A stretch of 64,000 bases of DNA from the NCBI GenBank assembly GCA_017654855.1, contig CM030338.1, positions 496,001 through 560,000 on the forward strand, given 5' to 3'. This document shows, one piece after another, positions 49,437-60,858 of this stretch (positions are counted from its first letter, which is position 1; each line of letters begins with the position of its first letter). Position numbers and translations under genes: made by a program. The notes under the pieces are model-generated. The model ran no database searches. It was not told the origin of the DNA and saw only the letters and a list, made by a program, of their open reading frames with translations. The stretch is from Podospora anserina. Its lineage: Eukaryota.

Positions 49437-51365
49437 TCACGACTGTTCCTCTTCCCTCTCTTCACCCTCCTCCACCTCTCCTTCAGGCACCTTCAGCTTC
49501 CCATTCCCATTCCTCTCCCTCGTCCCATCTCGCCCCGTCATCTTCCTCCCAAACGACTTCTTGTCCTCATGACCAACCCCCTCCCAAGTCTTTGTATCCG
49601 GCAGCCCGTACGTACTGATCCCTCTCCCCCATGTGGTCCAAGGAAACGTCCATCTCACCACCTCTTCCGGCACATCCCCACCATCCGGCAGCATGTCCCT
49701 CCAGTCCTTTGGCTTGTCTCGGTGGATGAGGTACCCGCCTAGATGCCGATGCCAGATGTCTGGCGGTCTCTGGTCCGGATACTTTCCTTTGCGTGACGCG
49801 TCTGGGTCATGAGTCCAATGGGACGCGATCGAGAGCTGGACTTGACGCTCGATGCCGCGGTGGCCGGTGACAGTGGTGACATCGTTGGCCCAGCCGTATA
49901 GGTAAACAGAGCGGTTCAGCAAGGAAAGGTCGCTGGATACGCCGAGAGCCATGGGAGGGAGGCGGCCGGAAGAGATAAGAGAAGGGACCTCGTCATGGGT
50001 GATGTCTGGGACGACTTGAACCGGGAGTTGGAGGTCACCGGGAACTGGGACGGTGGACCATTTCTGGAGGGATTGGCGCAGTTCGTCTGCCGAAGGTGGT
50101 GGACTGGTAGGGTCGGCCGAAGGCGGGATGATGAAGGATGCGCGGGTCTCTTCCGAGTGGGTTGAGATGGCGCTGATGAGCTTGCGAAAGTATTTTGCGG
50201 CGAACTCGGTGCACACCAATTTCTTGCCCCGCAAGGCAGGATGCAGCACTGTGGCTAGGATGTCTTGACGAGACACCAGCTCATTATTATCGGTTTCGTG
50301 GTCGGCAACAGAGCGAGTGATGATTTCTTGCTGCACAAGAGGCTGCAGCGGGATGGGGCCATGATGAAGATCTGTGACGAGAGCCACGAGTGCGCTAGGG
50401 TCCAGGTTGACGGTCTCGGTGATTGTATTGCAGTCGTCTGGAGAGACGACCAGGTCACGCTCATGAATCAGAGTCTGGATGGCCGTTTCAAGAGGAGGAG
50501 GGTCGTTGACAAGGAACGGACTTCCTGCGCAGCTCAGATCGACCTTGACATCGGTTCCGCCAACCTTGTTTTTAATGTGATCCAGCACCCTGTCGACAAC
50601 AGCTGATTGTCCTTCCTGGAGGCCAGGCAAGATCAGATGAAGGTGACGGCAGTGATTCCACCTCGCAGCCAAGATGACCTTGGAGACTGCATTGACGAAT
50701 TCGGTATGGCCTAACCCGTTTCCTTCGTCGTCACCAGCCTCATCCCTTTCGTCCTCAGAATCAGCATCGCTTTCCCAACCTTCTGCCATGACTTGATACT
50801 CCAGTGTCCTAGCGGAAATGGACAGAAACTTTATCCATGTCTTTCCATTATCCACGACGGCATCAACAGTGACAACCTTTTCTTGAAAGGGCTGGTCCTT
50901 GTAAGCCAACCACCCGCTACCAGTCGGCACCGCGATGCGAGGACTCCTCGGGAAGTCTTTGTTGATGGCCACCAGCCCATGACACTTTTTGACCAGAGAC
51001 CACCGGTCATCCCAGCAGCAAGACCTTATACCCATGTACTGGGCGGCGGAAATGTTGTTGCCATTGTCAGATTTTGTGTTTCGCTTTTGAACCACCTTAT
51101 ACAATGCGCGCTGCTGGACTTTGAGGAGAGGATAGAGTCCGTAGATGGGCCGAGATGCGTCTTTGGAAGCATTGGCGAGGGTGCTAAGCTCGTCTATGCA
51201 GGTTCTCCATTGTGCCAGGAGGGACTCGATGTAGCTGTCTAGCTCTGGACCTGGTTCCATTTCTGCTATTTTGGCGTTTGGTTTGGTCCGAATCGGGAGA
51301 CTTGTAGATGAGTCATTGGGCTCTGATGGCGACAATTGTTCTGCTGTCGTTTTACCTGTAGCCAT
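49437..51365 (-). CDS. DUF1308 / UPF0415 (C7orf25)-like protein
   Basis: Long single-exon ORF with 'VDAVVDNGKTWIK', 'TVNLDPSALVALVTDLHH', 'LRGKKLVCT..A' and 'YGWANDVTTVT'. Family assigned from memory of the motifs. Confidence 0.7.
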   Translation of the reverse strand: MATGKTTAEQLSPSEPNDSSTSLPIRTKPNAKIAEMEPGPELDSYIESLLAQWRTCIDELSTLANASKDASRPIYGLYPLLKVQQRALYKVVQKRNTKSDNGNNISAAQYMGIRSCCWDDRWSLVKKCHGLVAINKDFPRSPRIAVPTGSGWLAYKDQPFQEKVVTVDAVVDNGKTWIKFLSISARTLEYQVMAEGWESDADSEDERDEAGDDEGNGLGHTEFVNAVSKVILAARWNHCRHLHLILPGLQEGQSAVVDRVLDHIKNKVGGTDVKVDLSCAGSPFLVNDPPPLETAIQTLIHERDLVVSPDDCNTITETVNLDPSALVALVTDLHHGPIPLQPLVQQEIITRSVADHETDNNELVSRQDILATVLHPALRGKKLVCTEFAAKYFRKLISAISTHSEETRASFIIPPSADPTSPPPSADELRQSLQKWSTVPVPGDLQLPVQVVPDITHDEVPSLISSGRLPPMALGVSSDLSLLNRSVYLYGWANDVTTVTGHRGIERQVQLSIASHWTHDPDASRKGKYPDQRPPDIWHRHLGGYLIHRDKPKDWRDMLPDGGDVPEEVVRWTFPWTTWGRGISTYGLPDTKTWEGVGHEDKKSFGRKMTGRDGTRERNGNGKLKVPEGEVEEGEEREEEQS

Positions 51366-51633
51366 TTCACAGGTATTTCCGATTCCTGTCAGTCGAATTT
51401 GTAGTGAGATGCTGATATGCCTTGGCGATGCTGCTTGGGTTATTATTTTGAGCTCGTGCTGGATGGATGGACGTCGGATTGATGGGGGTGAATGGAGGGG
51501 CAGCAAACAGCACAAAAATAGAGGGGCAACTCTTGGCGCATCCAGGGTAGCTTCACAACATGGAGACAACAGAACCAGTGACTGCTAGCCACATCACACC
51601 ACAACTTTCCACAATTTCCATAATAACAAAGAA

Positions 51634-51715
51634 GGCGCGATGGCAGAGTGGTCTAATGCGTGAGACTTGAAATCTCATTTCTTCGGAAGCGTCGGTTCAA
51701 ATCCGGCTCGCGTCG
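51634..51715 (+). tRNA. tRNA-Ser(TGA), intronless, long variable arm
   Basis: GGCGCGA acceptor pairs with TCGCGTC. Anticodon arm TGAGA-CTTGAAA-TCTCA. GGTTCAAATCC T-arm. Confidence 0.95.
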
Positions 51716-51722
51716 TTTTTTT
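51716..51722 (+). terminator. Pol III oligo-T terminator of tRNA-Ser
   Basis: T7 immediately after the discriminator base. Confidence 0.85.
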
Positions 51723-52054
51723 GGTGATTCTGGGAATTGACAACTCCAATCAGCTGATTTCAGCTCCAGCTTGCATCTCTGTGCATTATCTGGGTCCAGA
51801 GCGGGCGGTCATCGTGGATAACTTGTGTCCAGGTGCTTGTGTGCTGTGTGCCTACCAGCCTACAGGGGCCGCCAGGCAACAACGCCTTAGCGCCAGAATC
51901 TCAGGCAACAACGCCCCCAAAACGCTCTCGCTACGTCCACACGCGGATGGCATCACGTTGTACCATTTCACGAATATATTTTATAAAAACGAGCCCTTGG
52001 AACCTCCTGCATGATGGGATCCTGTGCATTCTTCATACTCGACATTTTGCCGCC

Positions 52055-53823
52055 ATGTTTGTCACCCCCTATGGCCCCTTGTCCCACAACTGCTTGCTGA
52101 CACTCCCGCAGGAAGACCCAACGCGATGAGAAGACTGTTGATCTTGCTCAACTCTTGCTTGACTTGGATTTAGGAGCTCCTGTCAACGTCAAGGGCATCG
52201 ATAGTGACTTCCACGTCAGTGTCTTTATCGAGGTTGATGAAAATGGCATTCGTGTCCGCATGATTGACAACCAGGGGAACGTTAGGGTGCCGCCATGCAA
52301 AACTACATACCCATTCTCAAAGAGACTACGATGGACTCGCAAGCGTCAAAATGATGACATCCAGCGGCAAATGCGGTCTCTGGACCCTCGAGGCTTGCTG
52401 TTTTTCTATTTCATTCGATCTCTCACGCTGCAAAACGACGCCTTTACTGGCGAACGAGGGGAGACAAAGCAGTGGTCGAGAAGGGCTAGTTGGCGCCCTG
52501 TAGAAGATGAGAGTCATTGTGTCGAGCTACGCAGTTGCACTCAGGTCGTCCGTCATGCTCGCAAGGGCAAAGGGGGCCACGCCGAAAGCCCAAAAACTTC
52601 CGAAAACACAACCCGGTTTCATGTGATAAAAAAATCTATCTTGGATAGCGGCGCCCGTAACTGCCTTGCTATGGCCTTTCCAGTTTGTCAGCATGGGGTT
52701 GGTCCGTGGACAAAGGATGAAGACAGCTTCTCCTATGCTTACAGGAAACCCAGTCCGTTCAAGGTGAGTCCGGCGGTTTCACTCGACTATGGGGTGCAAG
52801 GCTGACATTTGGATGCTGTAGTTTCTCATACATGCAGACAGATGGGGTGTACCTGACCACACAAAACCCCACCGACGAATACACCAAGACCATAAGATGA
52901 CCGACTTCCACACCCGGGCCATGGCCAAATGTTTCAAGGACTTGTCCGAGATTCCTTCGCTTCGATATACCTGGATCCAGTTCCTCCCGTCCATGGAACT
53001 TCTCAAAAGTTATGATGCACGGCAGGGGAATGGGATCTGCAGAGACGGTGGAGTCTGCGCGACACTGCCTCGTTGGCTTTCCGTCCTCCCTGTCCTCGAA
53101 ACCGAAGATGACCCTGACCGACAGGAGCTCCACGCCATGAGCGACCTTCGCCTTGCTCTCGCTGAGGGTCCCGATCCCGAGAACGAAACCTCAGTCCCGG
53201 AGGTCTTGAACGGACCCCTCACATTCCCCGAGCCTTCTGCTCGGCTTCCAAGCTCTCGCATAACAAGGCGTCAGAGCGGCAATCTCGCCGCCAGTCCCAA
53301 CACCACACCGACACTCGCGTCTCTGTCCTTATCCTCAAAATACCGCCGAAGTGACCTAGAAGTCGTGCTAAGCGACTACGCCCTCAACCTCTTCCCAACA
53401 GAAGCAGCCATCACCAACATCCTTGAGTCTCTTGTCAAAGAAAGCAAAACCGCAGCCTGGTACTCGAGATTCTTTTTCCTCCGCCCCCAAAACGAAGCCT
53501 GGCACTCTCGAACCTCTCGGTTTCTGTTGTTAGCATACACAAAAACGCTTGAGCGTTCTCGCTTTGAAGCCGGACATCACGATGAGTGGAGGAGGCTTGT
53601 CAAGTCTATACACTTTATCCCGCTTAACTCGGGAAAGCTGCAGTCGGTAGAGGAGAACATGCGTGTTGGGTTGTATGCACCTGAGGATAAAAAGGGGAGG
53701 CGGTTAGTGGAGTTTGGGGGTGATTGGACGAAGCTGGAGATCCCAGTGATAGCGCTTGGTGCGTGGAATAATCCAGAGTGTAGGAAGTTGATTGAGAAGG
53801 TGAGGTATGTTGCTAGGAAATAG
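52055..53823 (+). CDS. Orphan protein of about 551 aa; exons 52055-52056, 52112-52763, 52822-53823
   Basis: A GTGAGT..GCTGAC..TAG intron (52764-52821) joins ORFs 52155-52805 and 52897-53823 in phase 0. An upstream GTTTGT..CTGAC..CAG intron reconstitutes AT|G. Start is uncertain. Confidence 0.55.
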
Positions 53824-54935
53824 ACGTGAGGAGAAGGTAGAGCAGTTGGTAGACGTGTATGTATAGGGAAGTGATCCTTTAAGGATTGCAGCCACGTACC
53901 TTTTGTCCAGGATGCCTGTTGACACTGAGGACTGGGGATTGACCCACTTTTCAGGGGGTTTGTTTACACTTGTATAAATCATCAATCATGACGCCAAGAT
54001 GCGATTCAAGGGCGGTCTGGGGGTGTTTGATGGCCCTCTGAGATGATTGGATGCTTTTCTCTCTTCAGCGGAAAGGTAAACTGTCTTTGCTCTTTTACAC
54101 TTCGTGAGATAAGGCGCATGGCACAATGTATGTAGGTAAGCCATATTGATCAAAGTGAGGACGGAAGACAGAGAGATATGAACAAACATACCTACCCATG
54201 GTACAACTAAGGGGCTGAATAGCTCCCGAAGTGAAAGAGTCGAACTACCTTACATCATTGTATACCTAGGCTTGGCATTGTTAAGTTCAACTCTCATTAT
54301 CATGCACCCATGCCATCCTTCCAGGTTCATAAATGGGTTCCCTGTATCACATGAACGTCTGTCAAGTCAAAATGTCATTGTGATGGAAGCTTCAAACCTC
54401 TAAATGTCTCAGCTGTATATCGTGTAAGGAAGCAGCCATGCAAGTGTGCGCTCTACATACTCGACTATCGACAATGAGCTATAGTCCTTCTGCCAGGACC
54501 CAAGAAAGAAGCATCAAAAGGGATTGTCAATCAGAGGAGACGAGGACAGCAGAGGAGCAACACGTCAAGTTCAAGATAAAATCCCCGTACACTACCCCCG
54601 TCTTTAACCCCGTAAAAATCCCGTAACGGGCAAGAAGGAGCATCTGAAGGGTCCATGAAAAGTCAGCTTGCGCCCCACCGTCTGATCTTTCACTTCCTTG
54701 ATTCCAAAAATTCAACCTGCGACCTACCAAAGAACCCTCCCACGCGCGACTCACTTCAGATCTCATATCATCCTAATTTTCTGTGCTCTTTGATCGCAGG
54801 ATCTCCCAATTCCTTGGAACCCCCCGCCGTCTCAATAGCCTCGCCCCCCGACAGAACCATCACCCAAGAAGCCGACCTCCTCCGACGAAAAGACTCACAG
54901 ATATCGACAATATCGGTCGATATCCACCAGAAAGG

Positions 54936-55918
54936 ATGCCCAAAGAAGACTGGAAAAAGGCCTGGATGGGCTCATATTGCATTGCGTGTAATCCCGACCC
55001 GAACGAGAGAACAATGACGGCACATCCAACGTGCCTGATGAGGGGGACTTGGGGTCTTGATGCCAATATATTGATGGTAGGTACTGTCCAGTTGATTCCT
55101 GAGCGTCCAAAGGAGGTATTTTTGTAGGTAGTGTGGTGAGAAGGGGGCCACTATTCTACATATTTTATCTTGTGGTAGTCTGGCTTTTTATTTTCAAATG
55201 TTGAACATCTACAAGTTGATTCAAAGTTTCATGACTAATATGAGCATTAGGACGTGGGACTGGGAGATTGGGTTCCGCGAGGAGACGAGGAGATCGAGGG
55301 CGCTCCGGCGCAAGAGCCTTTGGCTGCTCGCGATGAAGATTTCGCGAGCGAACGACAAGACCAGCGCGCGGAGGCGGATGAGGTTGGGGAGAGCTCGGAC
55401 GAAATGTCCGTTTGCTCGAGCCCATCCGAGCGCGAGGAGGAGGAGGATGATCGTTCGGAAACGCCAGTTTTTGTAAGTTTTATGTTGAGATACTGCACAA
55501 GTCAAATGCAGAGCTAACACTGTCACAGGCAAATCAGGTTGAGCCTGGGTGTGAGATGGACGAAGACTCGGACGATGACAAGGAGAGTGAGTCTGGGGTG
55601 GACGAAGATTCAGATGATGGCGAGGAGAATGAGCCCGCCGAGGAGCTCAGAAAGTGCCACCGGTGCAGCTCAACGCACCCCATTTCGTCTTTCCAGAAAG
55701 GCGTCAACTCTTGCAACAACTGCAGGCAGAAAGAGAAGGACGCCCGGAGCAGGCTCAAGGACCAGGGATGTTGTACCAGATGCCGACAGCCACTTAAGTC
55801 TGGTTTTGTGGGTGTGCGGTGCCTGCGGTGTCGAGGGCGACACAACACATGGGCCAAGTCCCATCCCAAGAACAGGACCAAGAAGGGCCAGACTGGGAAC
55901 GGATCAACCCCCGCTTGA
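54936..55918 (+). CDS. Acidic protein with C-terminal 4x CxxC putative zinc-binding region; introns about 55077-55250 and 55473-55528; 5' end uncertain
   Basis: Phase-0 GTAGGT..TAG and GTAAGT..CAG introns join three ORFs. 'CHRC..CNNC..CTRC..CLRC'. Confidence 0.5.
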
Positions 55919-56026
55919 ACAAACACACTCCATCAGAGTCAATTGTCAGAACACCGCCAACAGCATACCACACACCACGCAAAGATACACGCCGGCAACA
56001 ACAGACCATGCCCCTTGCCTACTTAT

Positions 56027-56671
56027 TTACATCCGACAGACCCCCAAAATCCACTCCACCACCTCCCTATTCACCCCCTTATCCAGCGGCATCTGATGGC
56101 CCCCCTCAAACCTCCTCACTCGTCTCCCCGTCTCCCCAAAGAACCCAACCAACCGCTCGCTCTCCCCCCTCCAAGGATCCTCCCCCCCAATCAAATGAAA
56201 ACTCTCCGTCCTCTCCGCCCTCCCCAACCCCAAACTCTCCTTCCAACCCCCCTCCCTCACCTCATCCCCCCCACCCTGAAAAGGAACAGTCCCACAAACC
56301 CCAACCCAAAACCTCATCTCCCTCCCCCGTCTCTCCAACTCCCTAACCAACTCCATCCCCGCCTTAGCCCCCTGGCTAAACCCCACCACCCCCAAAAACG
56401 GCCCTTTCTTCTCAACCTCGGCTACCAATCTATCTAGCTCTGCCCAGCAGACTTCTTCTTCTGAGGGGGAGGAATCATCGAGCCACTTGAGGTAGGGCTC
56501 TGCCCCCTCAAAGAAAGGCAAGACCCCCGGACCGGGAGCGCACTCGTGGAAGCCGGGGAGGAAGACGGGCTCGAAATGGGGAGATAACAGGGACAAAAGA
56601 TTGCGGGATTGGATCCGGAAGATGAGGGGGTTTGTGCCTGAGCCGTGGAGGAAGAGGATTTTGGGTTTCAT
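56027..56671 (-). CDS. FSH1/OVCA2-family serine hydrolase
   Basis: 'KILFLHGSGTN', nucleophile elbow 'GFSQGA', 'HLIGGEDPW' and 'GGHQMP'. Confidence 0.9.
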   Translation of the reverse strand: MKPKILFLHGSGTNPLIFRIQSRNLLSLLSPHFEPVFLPGFHECAPGPGVLPFFEGAEPYLKWLDDSSPSEEEVCWAELDRLVAEVEKKGPFLGVVGFSQGAKAGMELVRELERRGREMRFWVGVCGTVPFQGGGDEVREGGWKESLGLGRAERTESFHLIGGEDPWRGESERLVGFFGETGRRVRRFEGGHQMPLDKGVNREVVEWILGVCRM

Positions 56672-57219
56672 GATTTTTTTTGCTTTGAGTGGTTTCTTGT
56701 TTTTGTTCTTTCAGCCTGAGATGGAAACAAACAAACAAACCAGGCGGTTTGACCAGAGAAGGGTTGTCAAGATAGTGTTGTTCGATTTAGAGTGATTAAC
56801 TTGGTTTATCCAGCAGGGGATGAAAGGGAAAAAAGATGAAAGATACTGTAGGACAACAGTGCGGCTGAGGAGATCAGAGTAGGGCGTTGAAAAGAAGGGT
56901 TACACTGCAGCTACAAGGCGAGCCTGTGGTGGTGGTGCGGATCGCCAAGGGCAGGATTAGAGGGATGTGGCCGAAACAGGAAAGTCACCGAATGTACAAA
57001 TGCACCGAAATACTCCGACCCAAGTGGACCAGAGTTAACATGTTGAGGTAGATGATCAAAGTCTGCCAGATGGAGCATGTTTATAGTACACCTGCTTCGT
57101 GGTGCGCGTCAGTTGATGCTTCATGGTGTTTGTTGTGTGCAACTGAATCACATCAAAGGGACACAATCCAATCTTCATTATTCAATGCTCTATCCAAATC
57201 TATTCAATTCACTGCCGTA

Positions 57220-58579
57220 TTATCGTATCGTAGTTGGGGATAACAACGGCGATCTTGGAATCTTCTCACCTGTCACGATTTCCCTGCTACTAACAGGCAA
57301 CAGTGTCCCCAGTTGTTGAGTTGACGGCCGACTTCTGTACAGCCATGTGGCGGCCACAACGACAGCTGCACCCATAGTGGCCTAGTCCATACGATCAGTA
57401 TCAGTTCCATAGGTACATGATTCAAAAAAAGAAAACCCACATGAAGCGTCATCCTCTCCCCAAAAACCACCGCCGTCCCAGCATAACTAACCACAATACT
57501 CAAACTGGCGGCAAAGTTCTTGACCACATTGTCCGCATACGCAATGCAAACAGCCACAATCAAACCCCCAAGCGCCTGCAGACAGACCGTTGCCCACACC
57601 ACGGCATTGTACCCGGCAAAGAATCCACCATTTTGCGCAATATTGGCTCCGTCATACCATATCACCCCAATAAACAGTGCAGGAAAGATGCTAAAAAAGG
57701 ATAGCTGTACGTTTCTGATCCATATGGAGCTGGTGTTCGAACCTAGGGAATCCTTGAGGATCTTTTCGAAGTAGACGCATGTGAGGCCTGAAATGAGGGA
57801 CGCTCCCACAACCGCGGCCAACCCTTTCAGGGCATTGTGATGAACAGCAGGAGGTTGGGATGGGGAGGTGAATAAGGATGTGATCTTGTCTGTCCAGCTG
57901 GTGGCACTATTAACATCTGGTGTTGTTGGTGATAGTTGCACAAGGGCTACACCGAAGGTGAGGAGGAGAAGCCCCAGCCACTGACGCAGAGAAATGGTCC
58001 GGCCGAGAAGCAGGATACTGAAAAGGACCGTGGTGAGAATCTTGAGCTGGTATGTGACTTGGAAGGTGACGGCGTCGAGGTTGCTGATGGCCGTGTAGAC
58101 AAGCGAGTTTTGAAGAGTGTAGAGGGCTGCGGGCACGATGAGCTTCCAACTATCTGGGGCAAAGATGGAGCGGTAGAGATGTTGAGTTATTGCTGCTGAT
58201 GAAGATGAGGAATGAGAAGCAATAGTATCGTAGATGGCGAGGAGTAATGAGGCTGATAGCTTGACAACTTCAACAACTAGAACGGCTGTTGATGTAAGAT
58301 ATCGGGGTCGTGATCCTGTTGGGCTGTTGCGGGAATGGTGCATGACCATGACCAGGGCCGAGTTCTGGAGGACCAGCTGTCGGTAATTAATCAGTCCCAG
58401 TGTCCAGTCGGAATGAAACTAATTGCACGAGACTTAGCTACCATCAACAGAGACAAACGTTGGACAGACGAAAGCCATTGGCGCGAGTGTGAATGTGCTG
58501 TGGTGGTGGTACTGGACCCCCCCGCTACGGCCCGCGCCGAAGAATCGGTGCTGTGGTGGACTTTTGCATCGCCAAGCAT
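57220..58579 (-). CDS. SLC35A-type nucleotide-sugar transporter; introns 58441-58377 and 57440-57382
   Basis: 'LVLQNSALVMVMHHSR', 'TAVLVVEVVKL', 'VPAALYTLQN', 'FQVTYQLKILTT', 'YFEKILK', 'WIRNVQL' and 'YADNVVKNFA'. Confidence 0.9.
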
Positions 58580-59024
58580 GGCAAAAGATGGGACTGCTCC
58601 AGGGTCCAAAAAGTTTATCTCAACCTCGGTCGGTCGACTGAATCAACAAAACATCCAACTGGACTTCAACGGGACGACACAAACGAAGAAGAGATATGCG
58701 TTCTTTCTCGGGATGCCCAGCGGAGTGGCCAGCGGAGTGGCCCGCGTGACGCCTGCCGCAAACGTCTGTGGACAGCGAGGTGAGACAGAGCTCCAGCTGA
58801 AGGTGATACCGCTGACGGAACCCTTGCCAGCTGGTCGGGTACACAGTGTGCAACGACCATATTTCGCACGCCCTCCTCCTTCCGTCCCGATGCTACCTTA
58901 TCTTTCTTTACTTGTACATACAAGACACTCACTTGTTCACCCGAGTCTTCTTGTGCTGCCAGCTCGGATGAACTGATTCTGTATTTCTGTCTTGTTTTCC
59001 TTCCACGATTCCTCAGCACCCCCA

Positions 59025-60193
59025 ATGCAGAAGCTGGCCGGGAAGCCTGCGCAACTGCTCGGCATGATCCCTCGTCGGGCTTCGCGCTGGCTTGTTCGGC
59101 TTGCCGTGCTCGCAGTGATTGTGCCGCTAATTCTCCAGTGGCTGGTCGCCTATGTCGTTGGGAACGATGCCCGAATTCTTCCACCCGAGCTTCTTCTCGC
59201 CAGAAACCTCCTGCTCGTGACAGCCCACCCCGACGACGAGTGCCTATTCTTCTCTCCCAGCATTCTCGGAGTTCTTGATCGGAACAAGCGGGTGACTGGT
59301 GGATTGCTGGTCATGTCCACAGGTGTGTTTCTCCAGAAAGTCTCCGAACCTAGCCATTGAGGGGCCCCGGTGCTGACATACTGAACCCTGATATTGATAG
59401 GCAACAACTACGGCAAAGGAGACACCAGGAAAACTGAGCTCGCCGGCTCGTGTGAAGCACTCGGCATCTCGGCGGATCGCTGCGTTGCCCTTGACCATCC
59501 TGACCTCCAAGATAACCCCAGAGAGTGGTGGAACACTGAGCTCATCGAAGGGTTTGTGCATGAGCACGTGAGGAAATGGGACATTGATGCTGTTGGTGCC
59601 CGTTCTAGGCCCCGTGGCCCCCAAAAAAGCCAATCTCCCTTCTGATAGGGCTGACAGTGCAACCCTGCAGATCATCACATTCGACGAAGGTGGAGTGAGC
59701 GGACACATAAACCACAGAGCGGTCAGCGCCGCCGTCAGGTTAGTTTGTTTCTCCGTCACCCGAGCCCAACCCAATGGCCTTCGGACACATTCGCCCAGCG
59801 AGCTGTCAACTGACAAATGCGTCACAAAGTCACTACACTGCGACGAATCCCCAGTCGCCCATCGCGTACACGCTGACGACCACCTCTTTACTCCGAAAAT
59901 ACACCATCCTGGGCGACCTCCCTTACACAGTGCTGCCCTTTTTGTGGCGCATTATCGAGGCGCTATCCTACCCCGCCATCACAGCTGAAGTCCGTGAAGG
60001 CGGCACGGCCTTGGTTGCGAATACTTGGCACCGATATCTCTTGACCCGTCGTGCTTTTGCCCAGCACGACAGCCAGTACAGCTGGGATCGGCACTTGTAC
60101 ATGATTTTGAGCCGATATGTCTGGTTTAATGATCTGAAGAGGCTTCCTCACACGGCTGCTGACGAAGCATTCAGGACAGCCGTCAAGACCTAG
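59025..60193 (+). CDS. PIG-L/LmbE-family GlcNAc de-N-acetylase; introns 59323-59400, 59592-59670, 59739-59829
   Basis: N-terminal TM segment, 'AHPDDECLFFSP', 'STGNNYGKGDTRKTEL', 'TFDEGGVSGHINH' and 'AFAQHDSQYSWDR..SRYVWFN'. Confidence 0.92.
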
Positions 60194-60858
60194 AAACAAA
60201 GAAATTAGAAATACAACTGTGGCTTGGAAATGATTCGAATCGCGGGTGATGTGCCAAAACGAGTAAGACGCCCTGAAGATGCGAGAGCCATGCAAGGCAG
60301 CGGCATTAAGCTCTTAGCGCTGACTTGGCGTCCATCAGGCTGGAATCTGGCCATGCCAAACTCCCACCAATCCCTGCTTGGTATCAACCCAGCTTACACA
60401 GTATGAGCATCCTGCATTCGGTACATGCCAGGCCATCAGCCGCAAAGAAACGCTCCTTCCAATGATCTGTGTTTTCTTTGTTGGGCTGGGGTCACACCAC
60501 GAAAGAAGGACCATTCGTGTGGCCCCCATGACATGGGATGGGATGGAATGGCGTCGACCGGGCCTTGAGCGGCGCCGAGAGTGACTCGAGTGGGGGGGTG
60601 CCCAGCTCCTCGGCGCCGTCTTTGTTCCCAGCCCACCACGTCTTTTGATCTTTTCGGTTTGCGTCTTTCTGTTTGCCATCTCGTGCTCGCTATACGGTAC
60701 CAGACCCATCGACGAGCCACAATCATTACTCGAGTCGCCCATCGCCAGTCTCAGAGCCTGACACTGCCAGCGCGGGCCCTCGGTCTCCCCCGTTCTTCGG
60801 TCGACCGTTACGACAATCCGTTGCGAATGACAACAATCGCACAACACAAACGAAAGAA

